Below are positions 22,527 through 33,394 of a stretch of 64,000 nucleotides of DNA, in pieces; the stretch's first letter is position 1; every line of letters begins with the position of its first letter. The notes below the pieces were generated by a model. That model saw only the letters and a program-made list of their open reading frames with translations, was not told the DNA's origin and did no database searches. Both the position numbers and the translations under genes were made by a program. Location of the stretch: positions 1-64,000 of the forward strand of contig CAXXHG010000015.1 of NCBI GenBank assembly GCA_963666315.2. Reading direction: 5' to 3'. This DNA is from Candidatus Binatia bacterium. Its GTDB lineage: Bacteria > Desulfobacterota > Binatia > Bin18.

Positions 22527-22893
22527 GGCCCCTCTCGTCTCTCAACCGCCTCACTTCTAAGCGGGCGGTTGGCTCCTGGGCCGTGGAGCTCACTTGGCCG
22601 TTATTTCAAAACCGACAGGATCTCCAACCGTCGCTCCTCCTCCCGCCGCCTTTCCTCAGAGCCTTCTTTTGGGGCTATCCTACCATTTTCGCTGTCTCTC
22701 CTGATAGTCGCTTAGCGCGACCACGACGATGCGCCCCACGGGGTGTGAGCATGCCGGTGCTTGTGATGTCTGACTCGGATTGATCAGACTGCCCTGCGGC
22801 GGCCGGAAACTGCTGCTCCCAACCGGGCAGATTCGTGCCTCCCAGGTACGCAATGGCATAGGCAAGCACGGCACAGTGATGCGGGGAAAGCGC

Positions 22894-24486
22894 CTATCCA
22901 GTCGCAACATGTGCAAACGTGTCAGCCGACGCCGCCAGGCACGCCCGCGCATACGTCTGAGGTAACGGCTCTTGCAGCAAACAATCCGGGGCAAGGAACT
23001 CGAACAGCTCGCCGTAATGGCGAATCTCCGTAGGCGACGTCCTGCGCATGATGTGCCACGGCCGGAGTTCAGACGGCTCAGCAATCCCCATCGCGCCCAT
23101 TATTTCGCAGACACTCGCCAGAGTTCCGCGCTGAAAATTGGAAACCCGGTCACTTTTTAAAGACGGAACCAGTCCGGCTACTAACTGGGGATTTTGCGTA
23201 GTAATGCCCACTGGGCAGTGGTTAGAGTTACAGCGCAAGGCTTGAATGCAGCCCAGCGCCAGCATCATGCCGCGTGCGGAATTGCACACATCCGCGCCTA
23301 GCGCGAGTCGTTTGACCATCTCAAAACCAGACGTAATCTTGCCACTGGCACATATCCGAATGCGATCGCGGACAGAATACCCGACCAAAGCGCTATGAAC
23401 AAAGATCAAGCCTTCGATCAGGGGCGAGCCCATATGATTCGAAAACTCCAGCGGTGCGGCTCCGGTTCCGCCTTCCCCGCCGTCAACGGTAATGAAGTCA
23501 GGCGTGATATTGGTCTGGACCATGGCTTTACAAATGGCAAGGAACTCACGGCGCTTGCCAACACATAGTTTAAAGCCGACGGGCTTTCCACCTGAGAGAT
23601 CTCGCAAGTACGCGACAAATTCTAAAAGCCCAATCGGCGTAGAAAAAGCGGAATGACCAGGAGGAGACAAGACGTCTTGGCCCAGCGGCACGCCGCGAAT
23701 TTTCGCAATCTCGGGGGTCAATTTTGCGGCGGGTAAAATGCCGCCATGTCCGGGCTTTGCACCTTGGGACAACTTGATTTCGATCATCTTGACTGATGGT
23801 CGCTGTGCGTTTTCTTGAAAAAGATCTGGCGAGAAGCCCCCGTCTGGGGTGCGGCAGCCGAAATAGCCGGTCCCGACTTGCCAGATCAAATCCCCCCCGT
23901 GTGCTAAATGATACGGGCTGATCCCCCCCTCGCCTGTGTTGTGTGTAAAATTCCCTATTTTTGCCCCCTGATTTAAAGCCAAAACCGCATTCTGACTGAG
24001 CGATCCAAAGCTCATGGCCGAGATATTCAGCAGGCTGGATGAGTAGGGTTGCGAGCAATCCGGCCCACCTATGGTCACCCGCAAATCTGTGGGTTCGAGG
24101 TGCAGAGGCAGCATGGAATGATTCACCCACTCATAGCCAACGCGATACACATCTTCCTTGGTCCCAAACGGGATGGTGTCTCGTACCTGCTTGGCGCGTT
24201 GGTATACAAGAGAGCGCTGCTCTCGGTCAAACGGCACCCCGTCGGTGTCACTCTCGACAAAATACTGGTAAATTTCCGGTCGTATCATTTCCAACAGATA
24301 GCGGCCGTGGCCCACAATAGGGAAATTCCGCAGCACGGCGTGGTCGGCCTGGAAGTAATCATGCAGACCGACGAGAACGAGCGGGCCGAGGATGAGCCAC
24401 AGCCATGACACCGGAGGAAACACCATAGCGTTTACAACTAACAGGCTAGCCGTGACGACTACAAGTAGAAGAAAAAATCTGCGCAT
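22894..24486 (-). CDS. FMN-binding glutamate synthase family protein
   Basis: SAMSFGSLS, NTGEGG, EIKLSQGAKPGHGG and CIQALRCNSNHCPVG motifs. Confidence 0.93.
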   Translation of the reverse strand: MRRFFLLLVVVTASLLVVNAMVFPPVSWLWLILGPLVLVGLHDYFQADHAVLRNFPIVGHGRYLLEMIRPEIYQYFVESDTDGVPFDREQRSLVYQRAKQVRDTIPFGTKEDVYRVGYEWVNHSMLPLHLEPTDLRVTIGGPDCSQPYSSSLLNISAMSFGSLSQNAVLALNQGAKIGNFTHNTGEGGISPYHLAHGGDLIWQVGTGYFGCRTPDGGFSPDLFQENAQRPSVKMIEIKLSQGAKPGHGGILPAAKLTPEIAKIRGVPLGQDVLSPPGHSAFSTPIGLLEFVAYLRDLSGGKPVGFKLCVGKRREFLAICKAMVQTNITPDFITVDGGEGGTGAAPLEFSNHMGSPLIEGLIFVHSALVGYSVRDRIRICASGKITSGFEMVKRLALGADVCNSARGMMLALGCIQALRCNSNHCPVGITTQNPQLVAGLVPSLKSDRVSNFQRGTLASVCEIMGAMGIAEPSELRPWHIMRRTSPTEIRHYGELFEFLAPDCLLQEPLPQTYARACLAASADTFAHVATG

Positions 24487-24567
24487 ATCATGCTCCCCAG
24501 CTTACATCCTCGCTTCTTTTCCCAGCGCGTTGCCAGCCTGCCGCGTGGCTGCCACAAGAAAAGGAGA

Positions 24568-25587
24568 TTAATTTCGGTACTCATCTCCGCAATCGCCAAT
24601 AGACTGGAACACGTTGTTAGATTTACTCAGCACGGCTTGAATGTGACCGGTGGCTTCTGCATTGAGAGAAAAAGTAAACGTGCATGCATTATCGTCTCGG
24701 TGTTCCGAAACGCCCAGCCGCGTGCCCAGGATCACTCCTGCCACTGTAGGTTTATCCAAAATATACCGAGTAGCCACATTAGCGATGCCGACGTGGTGCT
24801 GGTCTGCAATCTGTTTGAGACAGCCGAGGAGCTCTTGAAAGAGTTTCCAGCCACCCCAAGTCTCGATCATCTGTTTATATTTCTGTTGGCTGGCTGTCTT
24901 GAGCGACCACTGGCCAGGTTCACGCCGTCCCAGATAGTACTCAGACAATAAGCCGCCACAGACCGTTCCATAGCTCAACAGCTGAATGCCATACTCCTGA
25001 CAAAACGGGATCATAACGATCTCAGGTCGTCGATCTATGAGCGAGAATTGGACCTGGTTCGAAACTATCTCGACCCCGTGCTCGATAATAATTCCGAGAT
25101 GCTCGGTATCGAAGTTGGTCAGACCAAGGTGGCGAATCTTGCCCTCCTCTTTCAGGTCAGTCAGATGTTTGAGCACGTCGAGGTAGCGATCATCAGCGTA
25201 GTCCCACCAATAGAACTGCAAGAGATCCAGGCTTCCAACATCCATGCGGCGTAGGGAAACGGCAATATTGCTCTCGACCACCTGGCGGGTCATACGTCCG
25301 GGCTGGGGGACCCATTTGGTCAATGCCTGGATCTGTGCCAACGAATCCGGACCATGAGACTGCCTCAACTGACGCCGAAATTCCCCAATAAAATCCTCAG
25401 CCGGCCCGTAATGATCAGCCAGATCCCAGGTAGGGAACCCAGCGTCATGATAGTCGAACATCTCCTGCACGGCGGCCTTGGGATCAATCCGGCCATGACC
25501 ACCGGACACCTGCCACAGGCCGTTCAAAATGCGGCAGATACTGAGGCCGGGCGTGAATTGCAGCCGGCTTGATTCTGGAAGGGTCAT
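24568..25587 (-). CDS. Aldo/keto reductase
   Basis: DLADHYG, TKW, GLTNFD and SNQVQFS motifs; the catalytic His position reads LLQFYWW. Confidence 0.9.
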   Translation of the reverse strand: MTLPESSRLQFTPGLSICRILNGLWQVSGGHGRIDPKAAVQEMFDYHDAGFPTWDLADHYGPAEDFIGEFRRQLRQSHGPDSLAQIQALTKWVPQPGRMTRQVVESNIAVSLRRMDVGSLDLLQFYWWDYADDRYLDVLKHLTDLKEEGKIRHLGLTNFDTEHLGIIIEHGVEIVSNQVQFSLIDRRPEIVMIPFCQEYGIQLLSYGTVCGGLLSEYYLGRREPGQWSLKTASQQKYKQMIETWGGWKLFQELLGCLKQIADQHHVGIANVATRYILDKPTVAGVILGTRLGVSEHRDDNACTFTFSLNAEATGHIQAVLSKSNNVFQSIGDCGDEYRN

Positions 25588-25737
25588 CGTGTACCGTCCT
25601 CGTTTTTCCTCAAGAGTCTCTGTTTAGAACTCATAGCGTAGACTGGTCCCAGAAGACAATCATTTGTCCTCGCTCTCTGAAGAGAGCAGAACCATGCTCT
25701 AGTGCAGCTGCAAGACACCTGCTTGGGAATAGTGATT

Positions 25738-25808
25738 CCCTCGCCCTTTGGGGAGAGGGTGAGGGGAATGGAACGAGATTTCAACCACCCTCACCCTCGC
25801 CCTCTCCC
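25738..25808. repeat. BoxC-like intergenic palindromic repeat (inverted pair)
   Basis: CCCTCGCCCTTTGGGGAGAGGGTGAGGGG ... CACCCTCACCCTCGCCCTCTCCC. Confidence 0.6.
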
Positions 25809-26013
25809 GCCAGCGGCAATCGAAATTTCAATCCAGGTCAAGTTGCCAAGCCATCCTCACAGCCCCGCGTTTCCTGGCTATTCACCAGGAAACGCGGGCC
25901 GATGCAAGAGAGGATGACCCAGTATGATCAAAAACCTCTGTACACAATACTGCCTCAGCTATGATAATACGACCTGAACACGATCTGATACTGATCGAGA
26001 AGGAGGCAGACTC

Positions 26014-26631
26014 ATGCTGAAGATTTATGACCACCCTTTTTCTACTTTTGCCCGCCGGGTCCTCATCATGTTGATCGAAAAAAATATCCCCGCCGAATCG
26101 GCCGAATTGATTGAGGTCGATATGGCGGCTGGCGCGCACAAGCAGCAGCCTTATCTGGCACTCAATCCGTATGGCCGAGTGCCCACGCTGCAGGAGGACG
26201 ATTTTGTCCTCTACGAATCAACCGCGATTCTGGATTATCTGGAAGCGACCCACCCTGCCCCAGCACTTGTCCCAGCGGATGCTCAAGGCCGCGCGCTTGT
26301 CAGCATGCATATGAAGCTGTGCGATTTGCAGCTGGCGCGACAAACGGGGACCATTATTTTTCCGAAACGTTTTCTGCCTAAAGATCGCTGGAATGAAAAG
26401 GCTATGGCGCAAGCCAAGCAAGAGATCGAGCAGCATCTTGAAAAAGTCGAGCAGCTGCTGGCAGGGAAAGAGTATGTGGTCGGCAATACGTATAGTCTGG
26501 TCGAAGTCTGCTATACGCCGTTTGTACAGTTCCTGCCTTTAATGGAGATCTCGCCGCCATCCAATGTCACAGCCTGGACAGAGCGGATGCTTGAGCGCTC
26601 AAGTGCGCAGGCCACAAAGCCGGCGAAGTAA
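26014..26631 (+). CDS. Glutathione S-transferase family protein
   Basis: AGGAGG RBS; LNPYGRVPTL and LYESTAILDYL motifs. Confidence 0.93.
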   Translation: MLKIYDHPFSTFARRVLIMLIEKNIPAESAELIEVDMAAGAHKQQPYLALNPYGRVPTLQEDDFVLYESTAILDYLEATHPAPALVPADAQGRALVSMHMKLCDLQLARQTGTIIFPKRFLPKDRWNEKAMAQAKQEIEQHLEKVEQLLAGKEYVVGNTYSLVEVCYTPFVQFLPLMEISPPSNVTAWTERMLERSSAQATKPAK

Positions 26632-26862
26632 GTCATTCTGACTCCTTTTCTCGAACGTATATTGTCACTGCTCCATCGTTTGATCATATTGTAAACAAGG
26701 GATGCGCAGCAGCGAGAGATAGAGACGGGAAGATTGGAAAGATCGGGCCGGACATACTTCAACCGACGAACTTTTCTTGAACTTCTCAGTCTGTGGGGTC
26801 TGAGCAGCCTCTCTCCAACGTAGGCACAGTCTCATCACCCGAGTCCGCAACGAGATACACGT

Positions 26863-27645
26863 ATGAACCGCCAACCTATTTTATTTGTTAGTCACGGAGC
26901 ACCACTCTTAGCCATAGACGCCCAACGCGGCGCTCCGCTGCGGGAATTGGCCACTCAGCACAAAAACCGCCGAGGGATACTTGTCGTTTCCGCGCATTGG
27001 GAAGCCACACCGGTCATCATCGGCAGCACCCAAACCTTGCCACTAATCTACCACTGATCTACCACTTTTCGGGATTTCCCAAGGCGTTATACGAAATGCA
27101 GTACCCGGCACCCGGCGCACCGGAATTGGCCGAAACCGTGGTCAGCCTACTCGGTTCGGAGAATATTCGTCGGAATGCGAAATATGGCCTCGATCACGGC
27201 ACGTGGTCACCCCTGGTTCACCTCTTTCCGCATGCTGACGTACCGGTGCTTCAGATTTCACTTCCCAGCCGACTCGCCCCCACAGCCATATTTGCATTGG
27301 GACAAGACCTCGCCCCGCTTGCCGACGAGGGCTATCTCCTCATCGGCAGCGGCAATATGACCCACAATCTCGGCGCACTTCAGCCTGACGTGTCTGAGCC
27401 GCAAGCGTTTGCTCACGAGTTTGACGCCTGGGCGCGAGACGTTTTTGCTGCGGCGGGACTTGGATACGCTCTTGTCGTATCACGACAGCACACACGCGTT
27501 TTCGCACAATCATCCAACTGAGGAACACTGGCTGCCGTTACTCTTTAGTGCCGGCGCAGCAAGTACAACACCCAGCACGATAACCTTTCCGGTCACCGGA
27601 TTTGAATTCGGCAATCTGAGCCGCCGGACGGTTCTATTCACCTAG
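26863..27645 (+). pseudogene. DODA/YgiD-type (LigB family) extradiol dioxygenase pseudogene
   Basis: FVSHGAP, VSAHWE, GLDHGTW, GSGNMTHNL and HPTEEHWLPL fall in 3 frames. There is an 11-nt duplication at 27040-27061 and a second frameshift near 27455. Confidence 0.88.
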
Positions 27646-27667
27646 CGGACAGTGAGAGGAGGACGAT

Positions 27668-28373
27668 ATGGAAAAAGTCGATGTAAGCGCCGTGCTGGAA
27701 ACCGTCCAATCCTAGCTTAAAAAAGATGCGGCAGAAGGTCGCTCGAACGGACCCAGCATGGAGGACGTGAGGAAAGCCATGTCGCACCCCAAGGCAGCCG
27801 AAGTCATAGCAAACCTGATTCAGCGCGAAGCCCCCCTCGGTGCAGCAGGGTCAAAGCGCTCCGGACTTTGCGCTGCCGCGGTTGTCACAGCACGACGAGA
27901 GTCGGGGCGAGAGCAAGACACTGTCGGATCATTTTGGCCAACGTCCGGTTGCGCTGATCTTCGGCAGCTATACCTGACCGCCGTTCCGGGCCCAGGCTGG
28001 GACCCTGAATACCATCTACAACACGTATAAAGACCGCGTAGACTTCTATGTTGTCTATCTCCAAGAGATTCATCCTACAGACGGCTGGTAAGTCAACGAA
28101 AATGAGAAAGAGAACGTCTTATACCAGCGGCATCAGTCTCTGGAAGAAGGCATCGGAGTCGGCCAGACGTGCATGTTGAAGTTCGCCTTAGAAATGCCGG
28201 CGGTTGTGGATGAAATGGACGATGCCGTAGCCCAAGCCTACGCGGCTATGCCCGAACGGCTGTATTTGATTGGTCTCGACGGAAAAGTCACCTATAAGGG
28301 CGGCATGGGGCCTATGTCCTTTCCGCCACAGGAATGGCAGCAGGCCATAGAAAAATATGTCACCAGGACATGA
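27668..28373 (+). pseudogene. Iodothyronine deiodinase-like selenoprotein, decayed
   Basis: Reads APDFALPRL...RPVALIFGSYT-TGA-PPF...VYLQEIHPTDGW...YAAMPERLYLI...YKGGMGP. TGA at 27975-27977. Also TAG at 27713, a frameshift in the C6 run near 27835, and TAA at 28089. Confidence 0.88.
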
Positions 28374-28810
28374 CGACCGTTCTCTTTTTGTGCACGGGTA
28401 ATTATTACCGCAGCCGGATTGCGGAAGAGGTTTTTAATCACTTGTGTCGGCAATACCGACTCAAGGCCGAAGCGCTGTCTCGCGGATTGGGACACCGCTG
28501 GCCGAACCCAAATAATCTCGGTCCTATCTCCAAAAATGCTGTGAACTTTCTGGATAGGATGGGTATTGAGATCGTCTCGAAAGACCGTTTGCCGCCGCCG
28601 TGCAGCACAGCTGATATGCAAGCTGCGACGCGGATTATCGGCATGCAAGAAACCGAACATCGCCCGCTCTTATTTGCAAAATTTCCGGACTGCCCTCCAG
28701 AGAAAATAGAGTTTTGGGATATCGGCGACGTTGGCGCGATGGATGTTCAAGAGGCATGTGAGCAGACGTATGCTCAGGTTCAGATATTGGTTGAGTTAGT
28801 TTCGCAGTAA
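28370..28810 (+). CDS. Low molecular weight phosphatase / ArsC-like family protein
   Basis: P-loop VLFLCTGNYYRS; the ATG overlaps the upstream TGA. Confidence 0.85.
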   Translation: MTTVLFLCTGNYYRSRIAEEVFNHLCRQYRLKAEALSRGLGHRWPNPNNLGPISKNAVNFLDRMGIEIVSKDRLPPPCSTADMQAATRIIGMQETEHRPLLFAKFPDCPPEKIEFWDIGDVGAMDVQEACEQTYAQVQILVELVSQ

Positions 28811-28832
28811 CGTGCCTAGTAGCTGCAGTTCA

Positions 28833-28863
28833 GTAGGTCGGATCAGCCGAGCGTAATCCGACA
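28833..28863 (+). repeat. GTAG-type REP-like palindrome
   Basis: GTAGGTCGGATCAGCCGAGCGTAATCCGACA; a same-length relative lies at 37447-37477 (-) with a compensatory stem change. Confidence 0.65.
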
Positions 28864-28935
28864 CCTCATTTCGGATCATTATAAGATCCTTAACTTGCTG
28901 TCCGGTACTGTGGGGGAAGATCATCTGAACCCCTA

Positions 28936-29091
28936 TCAATTGTTATATTCATCCTTGCTTGCTCGATCGCTCAGGAAAATTCTTATGCCGTAGTAGATAA
29001 CGACAACGATAAGCCCAACAGCAGTCCACCAGACTAAGTCGTACGCAGAACTGTGGACACCCTCATACCAATCACTCAACCAGTCAGACAT
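28936..29091 (-). CDS. Small single-TM membrane protein
   Basis: MSDWLSDW...VWWTAVGLIVVVIYYGIRIF; preceded by a G20 tract. Confidence 0.5.
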   Translation of the reverse strand: MSDWLSDWYEGVHSSAYDLVWWTAVGLIVVVIYYGIRIFLSDRASKDEYNN

Positions 29092-29094
29092 AAT

Positions 29095-29114
29095 CCCCCC
29101 CCCCCCCCCCCCCC
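29095..29114. repeat. C20/G20 homopolymer
   Basis: 20 consecutive C on the + strand. Confidence 0.95.
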
Positions 29115-29884
29115 GATTGATCGACCCGCGCGAGGGAAAACCCAGCGGGCGTTGTGGCGGCACTCGATCGGGTTGCGCCGTGCGCCCATGATCACTCCAG
29201 GCTATACAGAAATAAGTGAGAAGCATCAGAAATCCCGCTGGCGGTCCTGTTTTTTTCTCGCCTGGCCAGTGTGCGCATTCTAGCCTAAAGCAGCCACTGG
29301 CCTAGGCACACGAAAAGAGCCCGTCTTCTCTCTCGTCACGCTTTCTTCCGATGGAACACCGCTAAAGGAAGTCGGATAATTGATCATTTTGAGCAGTTTA
29401 TTGAGCAACTGGCCACCCGTTTTACGGCTGAGACGATTACACTCCCGCGCAAAGAGAGCACGCCCCGTCCCAAAACGTTTTATGAAAGACGGATCCGATC
29501 CTCGGCGGCCTTCAAGACGGCGCGTTCCTGTTACGATGGCGTGAAACTGCGACTGCGTAAACACGGCATCTATTAGGGAGACAAACGTGAGCCGACGGTA
29601 TCTCTGCCCTCAGACAGGTCCGGTTGACTCTCCGTTTGAGATCTCCTTGTGGGTATCACCGCCGCCCCCCGCCAAGAGTTATTCTTGGGGGAGAGTGCGC
29701 GTACTGAGGCTCATTTCGCTTCGAAATACCGGAGCAAGCGCCTCTCTTTCCTCCTTTTTTGAGCACCTGAGCCCGCATCGACTTCTTGATTTTATGAGCG
29801 TTTGCGCAAGATATTGCCGGATATGCAGAGATCGGCTGTCCGCTGCAACGTGAAGAAGTTCTCACAATGTATAAGGCTGGGTAA

Positions 29885-30409
29885 ATGAGAGCGACACTAC
29901 CCCTGGTAGTCCTTCTGCTTAGTGTGTTTCTTGTGACGGGCTGTGGAGACGATGAGGACTTCCGCTGTCCTTCGTTGAGCGACAATATGTCCTGGAATTC
30001 GTATGATGGTTATGACTTTCAGCAGGAAGGCCCTGAGTCAACCGCACGGAGAATTGTGTCGGAATGTGGTTGGCATGTATTTGGTGGGCATGTATTTGGT
30101 GGGCATGTATTTGGTGGGCATGTATTTGGTGGGCACGACGGAGGCAGTGGGGATGCACTCCAAGTCGCCTCCCCAAATGAGGAGGTTGTCTTTGTGTGGG
30201 CCTTTAACGATTTTCTCGCCTTTCGGCTGATCGAAGGATGAATCGGGGAAACACGAAGAGGTGCGAAGCTTGGGGATCATACAACCGATTTTCAAAACCT
30301 CTATCCGGATTTCACAATCGTCGACGAAAGTCTTTCGACCGTCGAGGCATATTTTGATGAAGATGGATTCCTTGAACAACTCCTTGTCGGGCGCTTCTTT
30401 AGAAGCTAG
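29885..30409 (+). pseudogene. Putative lipoprotein with an internal TGA and a pentapeptide repeat
   Basis: Lipobox VTGC; TGA at 30239-30241 is followed by 55 further sense codons in frame. Confidence 0.55.
30072..30135 (+). repeat. 15-bp perfect tandem repeat x4 (HVFGG)
   Basis: (GGCATGTATTTGGTG)4 plus GGCA. Confidence 0.95.
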
Positions 30410-30740
30410 CGGCCAGCCCTTGGGCAGGTGAGCATCTATCAAGGCTTAACCTGCCATATCATTCCTAGCTCTCAGCGGAAGCGCATGACACGTGATTCAT
30501 GCGCTCGGTTGCGTCTCTAACAAGCAAACCCATGCTAAATCTGCTTGGACGCTATGCGCGAGCCGGGCGTCGGATGATCTATCACATCAACGCGTCGGCC
30601 TTCCCCTCCGCATGCCACCAATAACTCGACCGCGGATAGCAACGCGCGTGGCCAACCATTTGTGCCCGTACAAGGTTTGATTGGTTCCCTGGTGATATGC
30701 GACAATCGATAGGAAGGGCTCAATCCCAGGGGGTCAGATT

Positions 30741-31070
30741 ATGTATTTCCTTTCGATCTGGGTGGCTATGATAGTGTTCACGTCGCCCGCCAGTGCTGCA
30801 GACTGTATCCTATCGTTCGACAACTCATGCATCCGAGAGCAGTCAAGCCCGCCAGAATACGAGGTCGAAGAGGCGTATCGGTATCGTATGCAGACATTGG
30901 CACAGATGCGCCACGAGCGTGAAACGCAGGAACGCGCAGAACTGCTCGCCGACCTCTCGCGCGAGGACGCCGACGGCCCAGCAGCGCGGAATCTGCGTCA
31001 ACGCCTCGTCGAGGAGCTGATCGCTCGCATCTCCCGTGACGCGATGAGGGGCGAGCTACCGGGACCTTGA
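30741..31070 (+). CDS. Secreted hypothetical protein
   Basis: Signal-peptide-like N-terminus (ASA-A) and a helical body. Confidence 0.5.
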   Translation: MYFLSIWVAMIVFTSPASAADCILSFDNSCIREQSSPPEYEVEEAYRYRMQTLAQMRHERETQERAELLADLSREDADGPAARNLRQRLVEELIARISRDAMRGELPGP

Positions 31071-31091
31071 CCCTATATATTCTACTGCAGC

Positions 31092-33050
31092 TTAAATGTT
31101 CGAGCCCTGCTTACTCGTAGACGAGTCCTGCTTGAGGTCGTCATCGGACATAATGATGTCCTTATACGTCGCCCCCGCCGGGATCATCGGGTAGACGTTT
31201 TCCTCGGGACGGACAATGATATCGAGCAGATAAGGTTCGTGTGGGTCGGCTAGCATCCGCTCATAGGCGGTGCGGAGATCCTCCTTGCGCCTGACCCGTT
31301 CTGCCTTGACGCGATACCCTTGGGCAATCGCAAGAAAATCCGGATAGATGTCTGCGTCTCCAACCCTTTTGACGGCAGTAGTAGGGTCCCCCAAAGTGGG
31401 GTCCCCCAAGCTGCTGTCCGCCCGGCGTCCCTGGTAGATCATGTCCTGCCATTGACGAACCATGCCCAGCCACTGGTTATTCATCACCACGACTTTGACG
31501 CCGATACCGTAGCGATGACAGGTGCTGAGCTCATGGATAGTCATATTTAAACTCCCATCACCGTCAATATCGACGACCATCCGCTCCGGACAGCCGATCT
31601 TCGCTCCGATGGCGGCCGGCAAGCCAAAGCCCATCGTCCCGAATCCCGAGCTACTGAGAAAAGACCGCGGCCGGCGCATACGGTAATGTTGCATCGCCCA
31701 CATCTGATGCTGCCCCACACCCAGAGTCACCAGCGCATTGCCGTCGGTCAGGTGACTGAGCAGGGCAATAGCATATTGCGGCGTGAGTTCTAGATCCTCG
31801 ACCACGGTCATGGGGTATTGTTCTTTCAAGTCAGTTACGTATCGCACCCACTGTGTGCAGTCACCCGGCTGTACGACATCAATCAACTGTTGCAGTGCCC
31901 GGCGCAAGTCGGCCCAAATCGGCAGCGTGACCGTTTTGTTCTTATTGAGCTCAGCCCGGTCAACGTCAATATGAATGATCGTGCCGTGCTTGATGAACTC
32001 GCTCACTTTGCCGGTCACGCGATCGTCAAAGCGAACGCCCAGCGCTAACACCAGGTCCGCTTCGTTAATAGCAACGTTGGCGTACTTCGTGCCATGCATC
32101 CCGAGCACATGCAAGGCGAGCATGTGATCCGGAGGGAAGGTGCCCAACCCCATTATTGTAGTAGTCACCGGGCAGCCCACCTTCTCGGCCAATTGCAGCA
32201 GCAAGGGACCGGTGTCGGAACTGGTCACACCGCCGCCCGCATACAGGATAGGGCGGCGGGCATCCTGGATCAGCTGACAGCACACCTCCAGCTGGGAAGG
32301 AGAGATGGGCCCAAGAGATGGCTCGGGCGGTGCGATCTCCGCCGGCATGCGCGGCGGCGCGTAGTTCCCCTCAGGGTCGCACGGGTAGTGCTGCTGAATA
32401 TCCTTGGGGATGTCCAGCAGTACCGGGCCTGGTCGATTTCCAGCCGCTAGTGCGAAAGACTGCCGCACCAACGTCGGGATATTGGCCACACAGTCGACCA
32501 GGAAGCTCTGTTTGGTGATGGGGGTCGTGATCCCCACAATATCCGCCTCCTGAAAGGCATTCTTGCCTAGCAAGTGGGAGGGCACATTTCCCGTAATCGC
32601 GACGATCGGCACGGAATCGCTGTTGGCGTCAGCGATACCGGTCACGAGGTTGGTTGCGCCAGGGCCGGAGGTGGCCAAACACACGCCCACTTTTCCAGTG
32701 GCCCGCGCGTATCCTTCGGCGGCATGGGCGGCGCCTTGTTCGTGCTCGACACGGATACAGCGGATCCCGTACTCCTGGAGTACGTCGAAGATCTCGAGGT
32801 TCGCGCCACCCGGATAGCCAAACAGCACCTCGACGCCTTCGAGGGTGAGGCATTTGGCCAGAATCTGCGCCCCGCGCAAAGCATGTGGGCGGTCTTCAAT
32901 CTGAATCTCTGATAGGGGCGTACCGAGAATAACGGGTGCATCGTCATACGTGACGTGTTCCCCACTACTAGAGCTACCAGGGATAGCTTGCTGGGCCACG
33001 CTGGTCTCGCCTGTGTGGAGCTGTTGTTCAGAGGTAATCCGGTCTCTCAT
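31092..33050 (-). CDS. ilvB: Acetolactate synthase large subunit (no small subunit adjacent)
   Basis: FGYPGGA, HEQGAAH, TSGPGATN, RFDDRVTG and GDGS...NNQWLGMVRQWQ motifs. Confidence 0.93.
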   Translation of the reverse strand: MRDRITSEQQLHTGETSVAQQAIPGSSSSGEHVTYDDAPVILGTPLSEIQIEDRPHALRGAQILAKCLTLEGVEVLFGYPGGANLEIFDVLQEYGIRCIRVEHEQGAAHAAEGYARATGKVGVCLATSGPGATNLVTGIADANSDSVPIVAITGNVPSHLLGKNAFQEADIVGITTPITKQSFLVDCVANIPTLVRQSFALAAGNRPGPVLLDIPKDIQQHYPCDPEGNYAPPRMPAEIAPPEPSLGPISPSQLEVCCQLIQDARRPILYAGGGVTSSDTGPLLLQLAEKVGCPVTTTIMGLGTFPPDHMLALHVLGMHGTKYANVAINEADLVLALGVRFDDRVTGKVSEFIKHGTIIHIDVDRAELNKNKTVTLPIWADLRRALQQLIDVVQPGDCTQWVRYVTDLKEQYPMTVVEDLELTPQYAIALLSHLTDGNALVTLGVGQHQMWAMQHYRMRRPRSFLSSSGFGTMGFGLPAAIGAKIGCPERMVVDIDGDGSLNMTIHELSTCHRYGIGVKVVVMNNQWLGMVRQWQDMIYQGRRADSSLGDPTLGDPTTAVKRVGDADIYPDFLAIAQGYRVKAERVRRKEDLRTAYERMLADPHEPYLLDIIVRPEENVYPMIPAGATYKDIIMSDDDLKQDSSTSKQGSNI

Positions 33051-33394
33051 GACAATACCCGCCCCAAGAAGATACTCATATTTTATCCCGTTACGCACCA
33101 CTGGTCGAGAGCGGAGCACAAGAGAAAAGACGTAGCACCAAAACATTTCGGATATTTTGGATATTTGAGGTTAGATACATAACTACGATTATAGCGTATT
33201 CCTCGCTCGTACTCTCACACGAGATTGGCAGGCTCGTTGACATACGCCGAGTGCGCTCTAACTCTCTGTCACGATGTCTAGTACGAGCAGTCGAGAATAA
33301 ATCGAGTCTGACCAGTCTGACCCTGAGGGATCGCCACGAATCCTGACAGAAAGCCAAACGAAATTAACGAGATAGACCAAGGAACACACGCTGG

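Noticed and set aside
22641-22651. TCCCGCCGCCT match to the tmRNA 3' end as an att site
   Set aside because: Only 11 nt, inverted relative to ssrA, and no integrase.
29300-29576. Start-less open frame ending ...KLRLRKHGIY
   Set aside because: It looks like a gene tail but could not be assigned to any family.
30072-30135. Repeat array as a possible CRISPR
   Set aside because: Head-to-tail 15-mers with no spacers, in frame in an ORF, and no cas genes.
30239-30241. TGA as a third selenocysteine codon
   Set aside because: No redox motif context and no convincing downstream hairpin. Trp>stop is more plausible.
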